The notes under the pieces are model-generated. The model worked only from the letters and a program-made list of their open reading frames with translations, did no database searches and was not told the DNA's origin. Positions 1-8,303 of a stretch of 32,000 nucleotides of DNA are shown here, piece after piece. The position numbers and the translations under genes are program-made. How positions within the stretch are numbered: the stretch's first letter is position 1; each line of letters starts with the position of its first letter. The stretch covers positions 1,470,001 to 1,502,000 of the forward strand of contig JALDRA010000001.1 in assembly GCA_031316235.1 (NCBI GenBank), read 5' to 3'. Origin of the DNA: Candidatus Scalindua sp. (lineage in GTDB: Bacteria > Planctomycetota > Brocadiia > Brocadiales > Scalinduaceae).

Positions 1-351
1 ATTGATGTCGTCTTTCTCCTACTGGTCTTTTTTATCTATGCAATGCTTTCCATGGTAGTGCATCGCGGATTTAAAGTGGATCTTCCGCAGGCGACAACGG
101 CGGAGATAGACAAGGAAGATTATGCTTCAATTACCGTAGATAAGGATAACAGGGTACTTCTTGACAAGGAAGAGATCCTGATCGAGAACCTTTCTGAAGA
201 AGTAAAGACAAAGATTAAGAAGGGTGTTAAGATATTTATTAATGGTGATAAAGAAGCCGACCTCGGAGTCGTAATAAACGTACTTGATATCTTGAGAAGG
301 GACGAGATACAGGAAGTGTACTTTGAGACACAAGCTGTTGAGTATAAATAA
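1..351 (+). CDS. exbD: ExbD/TolR-family biopolymer transport protein, 5' end cut by the window edge
   Basis: Frame 1 is open from base 1 to the stop at 349-351. The translation begins IDVVFLLLVFFIYAMLSMVV (end of the single TM helix). It continues VDLPQA...ITVDKDNRVLLDKEEI...IFINGDKEADLGVVINVLDILR, which fits the ExbD/TolR periplasmic domain pattern. A TonB-domain gene follows. Confidence 0.8.
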   Translation: MDVVFLLLVFFIYAMLSMVVHRGFKVDLPQATTAEIDKEDYASITVDKDNRVLLDKEEILIENLSEEVKTKIKKGVKIFINGDKEADLGVVINVLDILRRDEIQEVYFETQAVEYK

Positions 352-444
352 TTGAGGAATTGAAGGATTAGGGAGTTGACACACAGATGGACCGTCTTTA
401 CTTGATCCCCCGGTTCTTCAACTTCTCAATCTCATAATTTAACT

Positions 445-1251
445 ATGTTTAAGAAAAATTTAATTATAGCCGGATCGATAGCTTTGTCGCTGCACGCAGC
501 ATTAATTTTGATGTCGCCAGATATCACATCTGAACCGAAGGTGATGTTCCGAAAGGGTGAATCCAGTCTTAAGATAACCCTCGTACCGTCAGCAGCATCA
601 ACTGCCTCCCCAAAACCTATAAATAATACACAAAAAAATGTCCTGAAGGTGGAAGACAAAAAACTAAAGGGACCCATGCCTTTACAAAAACCAGAACCCG
701 TTACCGTAACAAAACCTGTTAACAAAAGAGAAAAACATGTCCTCAGGATGGAAGAAAAAACACTCGACAGCCCGAAACCCGTGAAAAATCCGAAAATACC
801 GATAGAGAAGCAGGTAAAAGTTGAAGACGATATTGTGCGAAAAACGAAAGAGACAGCCTATAGTACTCAATACTTTAAATCTGAAACCAAGATCAAGGAT
901 CAACAGAGACAAAAACAGAAGATGACCACTGATAATTCCAAAGAGATAATAGCGGATGTTAAGGCAAAAGGTGTAACAACGGGAGCTATGGTTGAAAACG
1001 TCTTTAAACCATCTTACCCCTCTCGCTGCAAAAGGCAAGGTCATGAAGGATCGACTCTGTTGGAAGTGACAATTCTCAGTAATGGTAAGCGCGGAAACAT
1101 AGAGATAATACAATCCGCTGGCTGTGAATCACTTGATAAAGCCGCCATTAACGCTTTAAAGAAAGCAAAATATATACCTGCAAAACGGATAGGTGTTCCT
1201 TTTACTGCCAAAAAGAAGATCGTGTTTAATTTTAAACTGGAGGATTCCTGA
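445..1251 (+). CDS. tonB: TonB-family energy transducer
   Basis: ATG at 445. It has an N-terminal TM anchor (LIIAGSIALSLHAALILM) and a Pro/Lys/Glu-rich spacer. The C-terminus shows the TonB_C pattern (YPSRCKRQGHEGSTLLEVTILSNGKRGNIEIIQSAGCESLDKAAINALKKAKYIPAK). Confidence 0.85.
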   Translation: MFKKNLIIAGSIALSLHAALILMSPDITSEPKVMFRKGESSLKITLVPSAASTASPKPINNTQKNVLKVEDKKLKGPMPLQKPEPVTVTKPVNKREKHVLRMEEKTLDSPKPVKNPKIPIEKQVKVEDDIVRKTKETAYSTQYFKSETKIKDQQRQKQKMTTDNSKEIIADVKAKGVTTGAMVENVFKPSYPSRCKRQGHEGSTLLEVTILSNGKRGNIEIIQSAGCESLDKAAINALKKAKYIPAKRIGVPFTAKKKIVFNFKLEDS

Positions 1252-1262
1252 CAGGAAAATCA

Positions 1263-1598
1263 ATGGACAGAATACAGAATAACGTACCTTCAAACACTTC
1301 TCTCTACGATCTCATCAGTTCTGATATATCCGGTAATGATTTATTGTTAATCGCCCTGCTCGTGATGCTGATCATTACGATGAGAAGATTCCCCGGACAA
1401 TACCTCGAAAGAAGAAAACATCAGGCCATGCATACTATTAAAATTTTAATAGACAAGAGTAACGATAGCAAACTTACCGTGTTTACAAAACGTGTTGATG
1501 CGCTGAGCATGGGATTGCCGTTTCACAGAGAAAATTATTTTACAGCCATCGTCCAGGGTCTGAAAGACGGTAAGGCAGCGCATATCCCTGATGATTGA
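1263..1598 (+). CDS. Hypothetical small membrane protein, co-oriented with exbD-tonB
   Basis: ATG 1263 lies 11 nt after the tonB stop, with AGGA about 9 nt upstream. There is one hydrophobic helix (LLLIALLVMLIITM). No family was recognised; support comes mainly from operon position. Confidence 0.45.
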   Translation: MDRIQNNVPSNTSLYDLISSDISGNDLLLIALLVMLIITMRRFPGQYLERRKHQAMHTIKILIDKSNDSKLTVFTKRVDALSMGLPFHRENYFTAIVQGLKDGKAAHIPDD

Positions 1599-1688
1599 TA
1601 CCATTCCCGGGCTTCGTATTTACATGAGGTAAAAATATCCTTTTTTATACTGAGGCAAGATGCATGATTAATAAGTGCTTAGGTTTGC

Positions 1689-1798
1689 CTAAAAACCAAA
1701 TCCTGGTTGCTGGTATCCCCGGACAAAAAAATGCCGAGGAGTTTGCCCGCTCCTTTTTTTCTCGGATTTTATCAGAAAACCCTTATAAGATGAGTATA
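1689..1798 (+). repeat. Intergenic hairpin-repeat element, copy A (lacks hairpin 1, carries the internal 27/28-nt module)
   Basis: It aligns with the copies at 6130-6240 and 12036-12174. Shared blocks are CTAAAA(A)CC, A(A/G)ATCCTGGT, GGTATCCCCGGACAAAAA, TCTCGGATTTTATC and AGATGAGTATA. About 29 nt spanning hairpin 1 are missing relative to copy C. Confidence 0.8.
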
Positions 1799-2082
1799 AG
1801 AGCGGAACCAACCCTTGGTCCTGAATGCGGTACACACTACATGTTGAGCAACATCTTATGAATAAGTCGTTTACAAGAGGGCAGTTAGTTCCAGCCATTC
1901 AATCCCAGCACGTATGTTCCGTAAAATTTAATTCTCATAAAAATCACCACAAAATCCTAGCTTGACAAAGCAGGTAAAGTAAAGTAAGGTTTATGCCGGC
2001 AGGTAGTGTTTGAGTCAGGGTATTACAATCCATAATTGTGTTTTTAGGATAGAAATTGATAAATTTAGAGAGAGAGGATTAT

Positions 2083-3036
2083 ATGAACATTCTTGTTTCG
2101 GGATCATTGGCTTACGACAGGATCATGAACTTTCCGGGAAAGTTTTCTGACCATATTCTTCCAGAGAAGGTGCACATACTGAATGTATGTTTTATGATAG
2201 ACGGCTTAAGGGAAAATTTCGGAGGTACCGCAGGCAATATCGCCTATTCACTATCCCTCTTTGGAAACAAGCCAACCATAATAGGCACCGCGGGAAGAGA
2301 CTTCGAACCTTACAAAAACTGGTTGATCGGTCATAAAATTCCTACAGAGCATATTACGATTATTGAGGAAGAACTCACTGCCGGCGCATACATAACCACT
2401 GATAAGTCAGACAACCAGATAACGGCCTTTAATCCGGGTGCAATGAAATTCAGTTCTGTCTTTGATTTTGAACCGCTTACTCACGAAGATACCGTTGCCC
2501 TGGTCGCACCAGGAAATTTAGACGATATGTATAATTTTTCAAATGTTTACAAACAGAAGAAAATTGACTACATTTTTGATCCCGGACAGTCTCTTCCTGC
2601 CTGGACAAGTGATCGTTTGGCGGAGATGATAGAGGGTTCAAAGATATTTATCTGTAATGACTATGAGTTACAGTTGACCCAGGAGAAGACCTCCTTTTCG
2701 ATTGAAGATATCCTGGTGAGAGCGGAGATCCTGATCAAGACAATGGGAGAGTTGGGTTCCGAGATACTTCTTCTGGAAAATAATAAAATTAAGACTATTA
2801 AGATTCCTGCCGCAAAAGCTGACCCTGTAAACGATCCTACCGGTGCAGGAGACGCATACAGAGCAGGCTTAATGAAGGGATTTATGCTATCAGAAAATGA
2901 CATTATTCATGGTGCGCGAATGGGTGCTGTTTGCGCCGCTTACTCTGTAGAAGTTCACGGCCCTCAGAACTTCCGTTTCACTCCTGAATCATTTAACGAA
3001 AGATTTGAGAGCGTTTTTGGGGAAAAAGCCTTTTAA
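2083..3036 (+). CDS. PfkB (ribokinase-family) carbohydrate/nucleoside kinase
   Basis: ATG 2083 is preceded by GAGAGAGAGG; the track ORF starts at an upstream TTG at 2056. It has the N-terminal GG motif (ENFGGTAGNIA) and the C-terminal DPTGAGDAYRAG motif typical of PfkB kinases. The substrate is not assignable. Confidence 0.85.
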   Translation: MNILVSGSLAYDRIMNFPGKFSDHILPEKVHILNVCFMIDGLRENFGGTAGNIAYSLSLFGNKPTIIGTAGRDFEPYKNWLIGHKIPTEHITIIEEELTAGAYITTDKSDNQITAFNPGAMKFSSVFDFEPLTHEDTVALVAPGNLDDMYNFSNVYKQKKIDYIFDPGQSLPAWTSDRLAEMIEGSKIFICNDYELQLTQEKTSFSIEDILVRAEILIKTMGELGSEILLLENNKIKTIKIPAAKADPVNDPTGAGDAYRAGLMKGFMLSENDIIHGARMGAVCAAYSVEVHGPQNFRFTPESFNERFESVFGEKAF

Positions 3037-3195
3037 GCGAGCAACACGCAAAAAAGGTGATCCTCTGAGAAAGGAGGAAACCTTCTTTTCCGGGAGCCGG
3101 GAGCCAGAAAAAAGAGACCAAACTAATAAAGAGGCTCATCTGCTGAAAATAGTTTCCTGTATAGAAATAAGAGAGAGTCAGATATGTGAGAGAAA

Positions 3196-3590
3196 GTGCT
3201 CAAGGCAGACAATGAGTGGGGAAAGGTACTGACGCCAGAACAGTTTATGGTTGCACGCAAAAAAGGAAATGGAACATCCCTTTACCGGAGAATACAATAC
3301 CTTTTAGAAAAAGGGGATTTTTCAATGTATCTTTTGCGGCAATAATCTGTTCCGTTCAGGTTCAAAATTTGATTCAGGGAGAGGATGACCCAGTTTCCGG
3401 AATGCTCTTTCCGAAAAAAGCATCACCCCCCACAGAAACAAGCCATGGCATGATATGGAAGGAGGTCATGTGTGCAAGGTGTGTACATCAGCTGGGACAC
3501 CTGCAGAAGCTTGTGAGACAACTCATCAGCGATTTCTTCGTATCTGCCGAACTCTGGCTTACAAATACCTTGCCATTATTCCGCTGATAG
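3196..3590 (+). pseudogene. msrB: Decayed methionine-R-sulfoxide reductase (MsrB/SelR) gene
   Basis: MsrB-like peptide blocks are split over three frames. Frame 1 gives DNEWGKVLTPEQFMVARKKG. Frame 2 gives EHPFTGEYNTF*KKGIFQCIFCGNNLFRSGSKFDSGRG*PSF, with TAG at 3305-3307 and TGA at 3386-3388. Frame 3 gives ETSHGMIWKEVMCARCVHQLGH. Both Zn-binding CxxC pairs are recognisable. The C-terminal RYCINS-type catalytic region is no longer readable in any single frame. Confidence 0.6.
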
Positions 3591-3602
3591 ATCATCCGTT
3601 CC

Positions 3603-3785
3603 TTAAATCTCAACTTCCCAACTCGGATCAAACCGGGAATGGCAACTTGGGCATATGAGTACAACCATGCACTTCTCTTTTGTCTGGCGAATAAATGAAG
3701 TGTGAAATCCATCCTCATAACCGCATTGAGGACATATGTGCAGTTCCTTCTCAATTAAAATTTTCTCTGGTTTGCTGTTTTTCAT
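3603..3785 (-). CDS. Small zinc-ribbon protein (60 aa), hypothetical
   Basis: It has two CxxC pairs (CPQC ... CPSC). GAGG lies 7 nt upstream of ATG 3785. It is co-oriented with and downstream of the thioredoxin-fold gene. No family was recognised. Confidence 0.45.
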   Translation of the reverse strand: MKNSKPEKILIEKELHICPQCGYEDGFHTSFIRQTKEKCMVVLICPSCHSRFDPSWEVEI

Positions 3786-3986
3786 AGTGCTGCCTCGAAA
3801 AACCGGACACTACTGAGTATAAATAAGATTTATTCCTGTTTTGTTTGTCTAACGTCTGCTGTCAATTCTCTACCTTCATGCCTCCAGGCAGACATGTTGT
3901 TATTTATCCGCCCGCTCTGTGGGTGCGCGACAAGACAACTTGTTGTTCTTTCCTGGTCCCTATGGCACTGTCTCATTTTAACCTCA

Positions 3987-4538
3987 TTACCCCTTCCACT
4001 TGATTGAACACCCCATTGAAGGGTGTTGATCGGGAGAAGGCATTTTACCTTCCAATAACGCTTCAATTGCGTCGACAAGATCATGCGTCGTAACTTTTTC
4101 CGGTTCCTGCCAATTATCATCAATTCTGCCATGATAGCACAGTTCCCTTTTCTTGTCATAGACATAGATGTCCGGGGTGCATTGCGCCTGATATTTTTTT
4201 GCTATCGACTGATCATCATCTTTTAAATAGGGGAAATTGTACCCCTTTTCCTCTGCCCTCTTCACCATGTTTTCGAAATTATCATCGGGGTACGTGATAT
4301 CATCATTAGGGTTGATTCCTATAAACTGAACACTTTGATCTGCAAACCTTTCCTGGAGTTGAACAATCCTGCTGTCTACGGCTCGAACATATGGACAGTG
4401 ATTACACATAATGATAACGACGAGGATATCTTTATCATCGTAGTCGGCAAGAGAGTGCATCTTTCCATCTACACCCTTCAGGTAGAAATCAACTGCCTTT
4501 GTCCCTAACGGTACATTTATTGACTTTAGTAAGGCCAT
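3987..4538 (-). CDS. Thioredoxin-fold thiol-disulfide oxidoreductase (TlpA/AhpC-TSA-like)
   Basis: ATG 4538 is preceded by GGAGGAG; the track ORF begins at an upstream ATG at 4562. The CNHC redox motif sits in the context VVIIMCNHCPYV, and length and pattern fit redoxin-family proteins. Confidence 0.8.
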   Translation of the reverse strand: MALLKSINVPLGTKAVDFYLKGVDGKMHSLADYDDKDILVVIIMCNHCPYVRAVDSRIVQLQERFADQSVQFIGINPNDDITYPDDNFENMVKRAEEKGYNFPYLKDDDQSIAKKYQAQCTPDIYVYDKKRELCYHGRIDDNWQEPEKVTTHDLVDAIEALLEGKMPSPDQHPSMGCSIKWKG

Positions 4539-4702
4539 CTTACTCCTCCAAATTAAACACATTACAAAATATCTCTTTTAAAGTCTCAGTTTACCAAAGC
4601 CTCAATGATCAAATCAAACAAAAAGAAGAGAGGAGAGCATATTTGAAATGTATTCTGGCGTAAATGACCCAGGAGGAGAGACACTAAGTAAAAACAGTTT
4701 CT

Positions 4703-5554
4703 TTATCTTCTGCAGATAAGTTTTTTTTCTTGAAGCTCTTTCAAGGCTATCACTTTTTGCGGGACTTTGTATCGAGAAAAAAGCTCGTGCAGTTTGTTTA
4801 ATATATTTGTTATCTCTCTATTGCTGTCTGGAGAAGATAGTCCAGCATAATCCTGTGTAGTCGATCTGTTCGTTGAATCATGATTAAGAAGGGCTACGGA
4901 ACCAAAGGAGGAGAGACTTTCACTTTTATTTACTCTTTTCGGAGAACCGGCAAAACTGCTGACCGCCAGGTGCGGAAGGGTAAATATTACTCTCCTCAAT
5001 TCTGTTTTCTCAATCTCTTTCATAGGTATTATTCCGTTCCAACGTCGGGAAAACCCTTCAACAACCCACTGTTTCCCGTTACGATCTGTCAGTTGATACC
5101 AGACATGAGGCCTTCTCACTTCACTTTCTTTATCAATAACCCAACCCCATACAATTTCAGCATTATTTTGATCTCTTGAAAGATGCGAGTAAAAAAGAAA
5201 CACAGCGTCTTCGCAATCACCCTTCTTCAACCTTTCAGTTTCATCAGGTGATTGCCAAAAGTCAGCGTTATTCTCCTCAGCTGTATATTCAATATTGAAA
5301 GCGATGTCTTTGTACGCTTGATAAATACAACTTCCGTTTTCAAACATTTTTTCACACCATTTTTTATAGAGAATATTATCATTTACTTTCTCTCCATTTG
5401 CAACAGGGTTAACGGCTTCTTCTACCGGTCTATATCCAGAACTGGAAAAAGCAACCATTAACCTGTCACTGAGGGTATATGAGGAATGAGACGTGATGAC
5501 CATTATGAAGGCACAAACAAATCCGATGAATTTTGAAAATTTTTTGTCATTCAT
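4703..5554 (-). CDS. Transglutaminase-like cysteine peptidase superfamily protein, exported/anchored
   Basis: It has an N-terminal hydrophobic signal/anchor (FIGFVCAFIMVITS). The motifs GDCEDAVFLFYS (Cys nucleophile context) and RPHVWYQ (His) follow, as in transglutaminase-like folds. ATG 5554 is preferred over 5578. The functional call is pattern-based only. Confidence 0.55.
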   Translation of the reverse strand: MNDKKFSKFIGFVCAFIMVITSHSSYTLSDRLMVAFSSSGYRPVEEAVNPVANGEKVNDNILYKKWCEKMFENGSCIYQAYKDIAFNIEYTAEENNADFWQSPDETERLKKGDCEDAVFLFYSHLSRDQNNAEIVWGWVIDKESEVRRPHVWYQLTDRNGKQWVVEGFSRRWNGIIPMKEIEKTELRRVIFTLPHLAVSSFAGSPKRVNKSESLSSFGSVALLNHDSTNRSTTQDYAGLSSPDSNREITNILNKLHELFSRYKVPQKVIALKELQEKKLICRR

Positions 5555-6129
5555 ACTCAGTACCTGACCAGAACACATCGAAAATGAAATAGTTCACCGC
5601 AAAGATACCAAGGGGCGTAATATTTCAAAGCTTATCGACTCTTCTCTTAATAGCTTCTTTTAAGATTAAAATATTTTACGTATTTTCCTTTTAGTGATGG
5701 TAATTAAATCAAACTTCCACTTTAATCCCTGCATGCGTTACGTGTGTCAAAAGTTGCACATCGTCAACTGATTCAGTATCTCTATTTTTTACTTCTTTAA
5801 TCTTTAAAAAAAGACTCTTCAGTGTACCGTATCGGTATTTATTAACCCTGCTTTTTTTATTTGTTGATTTTGTTCTGGATGTCAATTTGTACCGAACACA
5901 GATACCAAAGAGCCTTTTTTGAACCTGGCAATATCTCATTCATGTCAGCATGCAGCTGCATACTTTCAGAAATGTACAGGTTTATTATCGTCACTATTTA
6001 TAAAAGTCTTTACCATTAAATTCTCAGCTGAAGAAACAATATAATTTATCTCGGTAACTACGATATACGGCAAGCCGATCTGAGAGTTCTCATACGAACA
6101 TTTTCTAAAATTTCAGATACTTTCCACAA

Positions 6130-6240
6130 TATACTAAAACCAATTTGGTTTTCGGTTTTATCGGAAATCAAATCCTGGTGAAGGTATACTCGCTCAATTT
6201 TTCTCGGATTTTATCCGAAAACCATTATGAGATGAGTATA
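6130..6240 (+). repeat. Intergenic hairpin-repeat element, copy B (full length, without the 27-nt module)
   Basis: Sequence: TATACTAAAACCAATTTGGTTTTCGGTTTTATCGGAAATCAAATCCTGGTGAAGGTATACTCGCTCAATTTTTCTCGGATTTTATCCGAAAACCATTATGAGATGAGTATA. Against copy C it differs by 7 substitutions, a 1-nt indel and one 27-nt indel. Confidence 0.9.
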
Positions 6241-6959
6241 AAACAGGAAACAGCACACAGAAATTGCAACGATAGCCCTTACAAAATAATTTCTGGCGTT
6301 TCAAGGCATGAGTCTGCGTGCAATTTTGATTTTCCGATTGATAAACCACGGACTCAGTAATACCAGGCTGAGGGTAATCCCCGGATATAAAACTCCGAGA
6401 ATTTTGTGCTTGAGGATAAGGTAAAGTTCATGTGAAATCTGGTCTTAAAACTGAAAATTAATTTCAACGAGTATATATGCTTCCTAGCGTACTTCCAGAT
6501 ATTGATAAGTCTGTGGGGTTCAGGATAGGTAACCAGCGTAATATGGGGAATCCCTCAAGGTGTTGTTGATATGGAGTGCGTTCAGCGCATCCTTTCTCCA
6601 GGGATATGAGTTATAAGCTTATTTCTCATAAGGAGACATGGAATATTTAGATAAATACAGGGGCAGTAATTCTCATACCAACAGCTTGCATGGAATATAT
6701 TTTAAGGCTGGTTGAAGGTTTTTTGAAAAGGAGAGTTGTAAGAATACTGAAGAATTCACAAGAACCTGTGACAGAGACAACATCTTTCTTTGACAGAACG
6801 GTATTCGAGGAATCATGATCCCCGAATGGATTATTGAGGGTGGAGAGATATCTCGTAGATGGATAATTTTCGTTCAAACACAGGGTGTTCGTTCACGCAC
6901 TATCTAAGGCAAGAAACTATAAAAACTTCTTCTACTGAAAAGATTTAATTGTTGAAATT

Positions 6960-8057
6960 CTATCGAGTTGCCAAAGTATTTAAGATTTCAACTCCCTGCT
7001 CCAATGTCTCAAATGATGCGGCATACGATAATCTGAAATGGGATTTTTTTTCTGAAAATACACTACCAGGGATAAGTAACAATTTTTTTTCAATTGCACG
7101 AGTAGCAAACTCTTCATCTGTACCCCAGGGAACTTGTGGAAAAAGGTAAAATGCACCATCAGGTTTAGTTAGTCTATAATTTTTCTTAAGACCATTATAA
7201 ACAAAATCACGTTTCTCTTTATAATCATCTATATACTTACTTATATCAACATCCAAGGCCTTGACGCCTGCGATCTGTGCAAATGAAGGAGCGCAGATAT
7301 AGGTATATTGCTGGAGTTTTATCATCTCATTTATAATCTTTTTCGGACCTATCACACTTCCCAGGCGCCAACCTGTCATTGCATACGACTTAGAAAAACC
7401 TTGACAAGTAAGGGTATTTTCATGGAGCATTCCAATACTTTGGCAGGTAGTGTCATAAACGAATCTGCTATAAATCTCATCAGATATGATTATTAAATTA
7501 TATTTTTTTGCAATCTCGCAGATTTCAACAAGATGTTCCGGTCTGCAAACCGCACCTGTTGGATTTGAGGGGCTGTTAATGAGAAGCATTTTCGTGCGGG
7601 AACTTATGCAGGACAAGATCCGGGAAGGGGTAAGTTCAAACTCCGGGTACGTATCAATAAATTTTATATCACCACCACAAAATTTAATAAGATGCTTAAA
7701 AGATACAAAATAAGGATCGGGTACGAGAACCTCATCTCCTGGATTAATGAGGACCAGGAAGGCCAAGGTCAGTGCCCCGGCAACACCCGATGTTATCATT
7801 ATATCATCGGCAATTATCCCCTTCTCAAGCTTTGCCTGCTTGAGAATTTTTTCGCTCAGCTCGGGAATTCCCTGGGTAATTGTATATCTGTTAAAACCAC
7901 TTTTTATCGCCCGGACAGCCTCTTCTTTAATCTCATCAGGTACATCAAAATCAGGCTGTCCAATGCTCAGGTTAACAGGGTTTTTTATCTTCTGAGCCAG
8001 ATCAAAAACTTTTCTTATTCCAGAAGCTTCAAATCCCTGCATTCTATCTGAAATCAT
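6960..8057 (-). CDS. Class I/II PLP-dependent aminotransferase (aspartate aminotransferase-like)
   Basis: Motifs are ASGIRKVF near the N-terminus, NSPSNPTG, and the PLP-lysine motif SKSYAMTGWRLG. ATG 8055-8057 shares one base with the upstream gene's TAA (8057-8059). Confidence 0.9.
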   Translation of the reverse strand: MISDRMQGFEASGIRKVFDLAQKIKNPVNLSIGQPDFDVPDEIKEEAVRAIKSGFNRYTITQGIPELSEKILKQAKLEKGIIADDIMITSGVAGALTLAFLVLINPGDEVLVPDPYFVSFKHLIKFCGGDIKFIDTYPEFELTPSRILSCISSRTKMLLINSPSNPTGAVCRPEHLVEICEIAKKYNLIIISDEIYSRFVYDTTCQSIGMLHENTLTCQGFSKSYAMTGWRLGSVIGPKKIINEMIKLQQYTYICAPSFAQIAGVKALDVDISKYIDDYKEKRDFVYNGLKKNYRLTKPDGAFYLFPQVPWGTDEEFATRAIEKKLLLIPGSVFSEKKSHFRLSYAASFETLEQGVEILNTLATR

Positions 8058-8290
8058 TACTTGGCTTTTTCCTTTTTCCCCGCACCAGAAGTCGCCTCTT
8101 CACCCTTTTCCTTAGAAGGTTTTCCCTTCTTGCGAATCTTGATGGTTTTCACTTTAGGCAAACCAAACACAGATCTCCCCTCCTCCAAAACTCCTTCTTT
8201 TGTTAATACCTTAATACGTTCTGATCTGGTTAACACGCTTCTATGCCTTGTTAATTTGCCTTTGTTTGAAAGACTCTTATCAATACTCAT
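8057..8290 (-). CDS. Small basic protein (77 aa), resembles the TIGR04137-type small basic protein family
   Basis: It is Lys/Arg-rich: MSIDKSLSNKGKLTRHRSVLTRSERIKVL...FGLPKVK. It is tightly packed between the SPOR gene (13-nt gap) and the aminotransferase (1-nt overlap). The family assignment is recalled, not searched. Confidence 0.6.
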   Translation of the reverse strand: MSIDKSLSNKGKLTRHRSVLTRSERIKVLTKEGVLEEGRSVFGLPKVKTIKIRKKGKPSKEKGEEATSGAGKKEKAK

Positions 8291-8303
8291 TTCAAAATTC
8301 TCC

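Noticed and set aside
1664-1861. The 65-aa ORF at 1664-1861 and the 71-aa ORF at 6145-6360 share a similar peptide (SFFSRILSENPYKMSIRAE vs NFSRILSENHYEMSIKQE). This could be read as a conserved small protein family.
   Set aside because: The similarity comes entirely from translating repeat-element copies A and B. Copy C has the same nucleotides but no equivalent ORF in the track. The flanks of the peptides are unrelated and no RBS is evident.
3386-3388. The in-frame TGA in msrB could be a selenocysteine or recoding site.
   Set aside because: The TGA sits at the invariant Trp of GWPSF, one base from TGG, not at the catalytic Cys where Sec occurs in some MsrB proteins. The gene also carries a TAG and several frameshifts, so decay is the simpler reading.
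3830-4165. A 111-aa minus-strand ORF spans the gap between the thioredoxin-fold gene and the zinc-ribbon ORF.
   Set aside because: It overlaps the 3' end of the well-supported thioredoxin-fold CDS in another frame. It has odd composition and no recognisable motif.
5709-5939. A 76-aa, very basic ORF (MRYCQVQKRLFGICVRYKLTSRTKSTNKK...) could be a transposase or nucleic-acid-binding remnant.
   Set aside because: It has no recognisable motif, and a stop codon lies immediately upstream of its ATG. I could not find an RBS. It is kept only as part of the gene-poor region finding.
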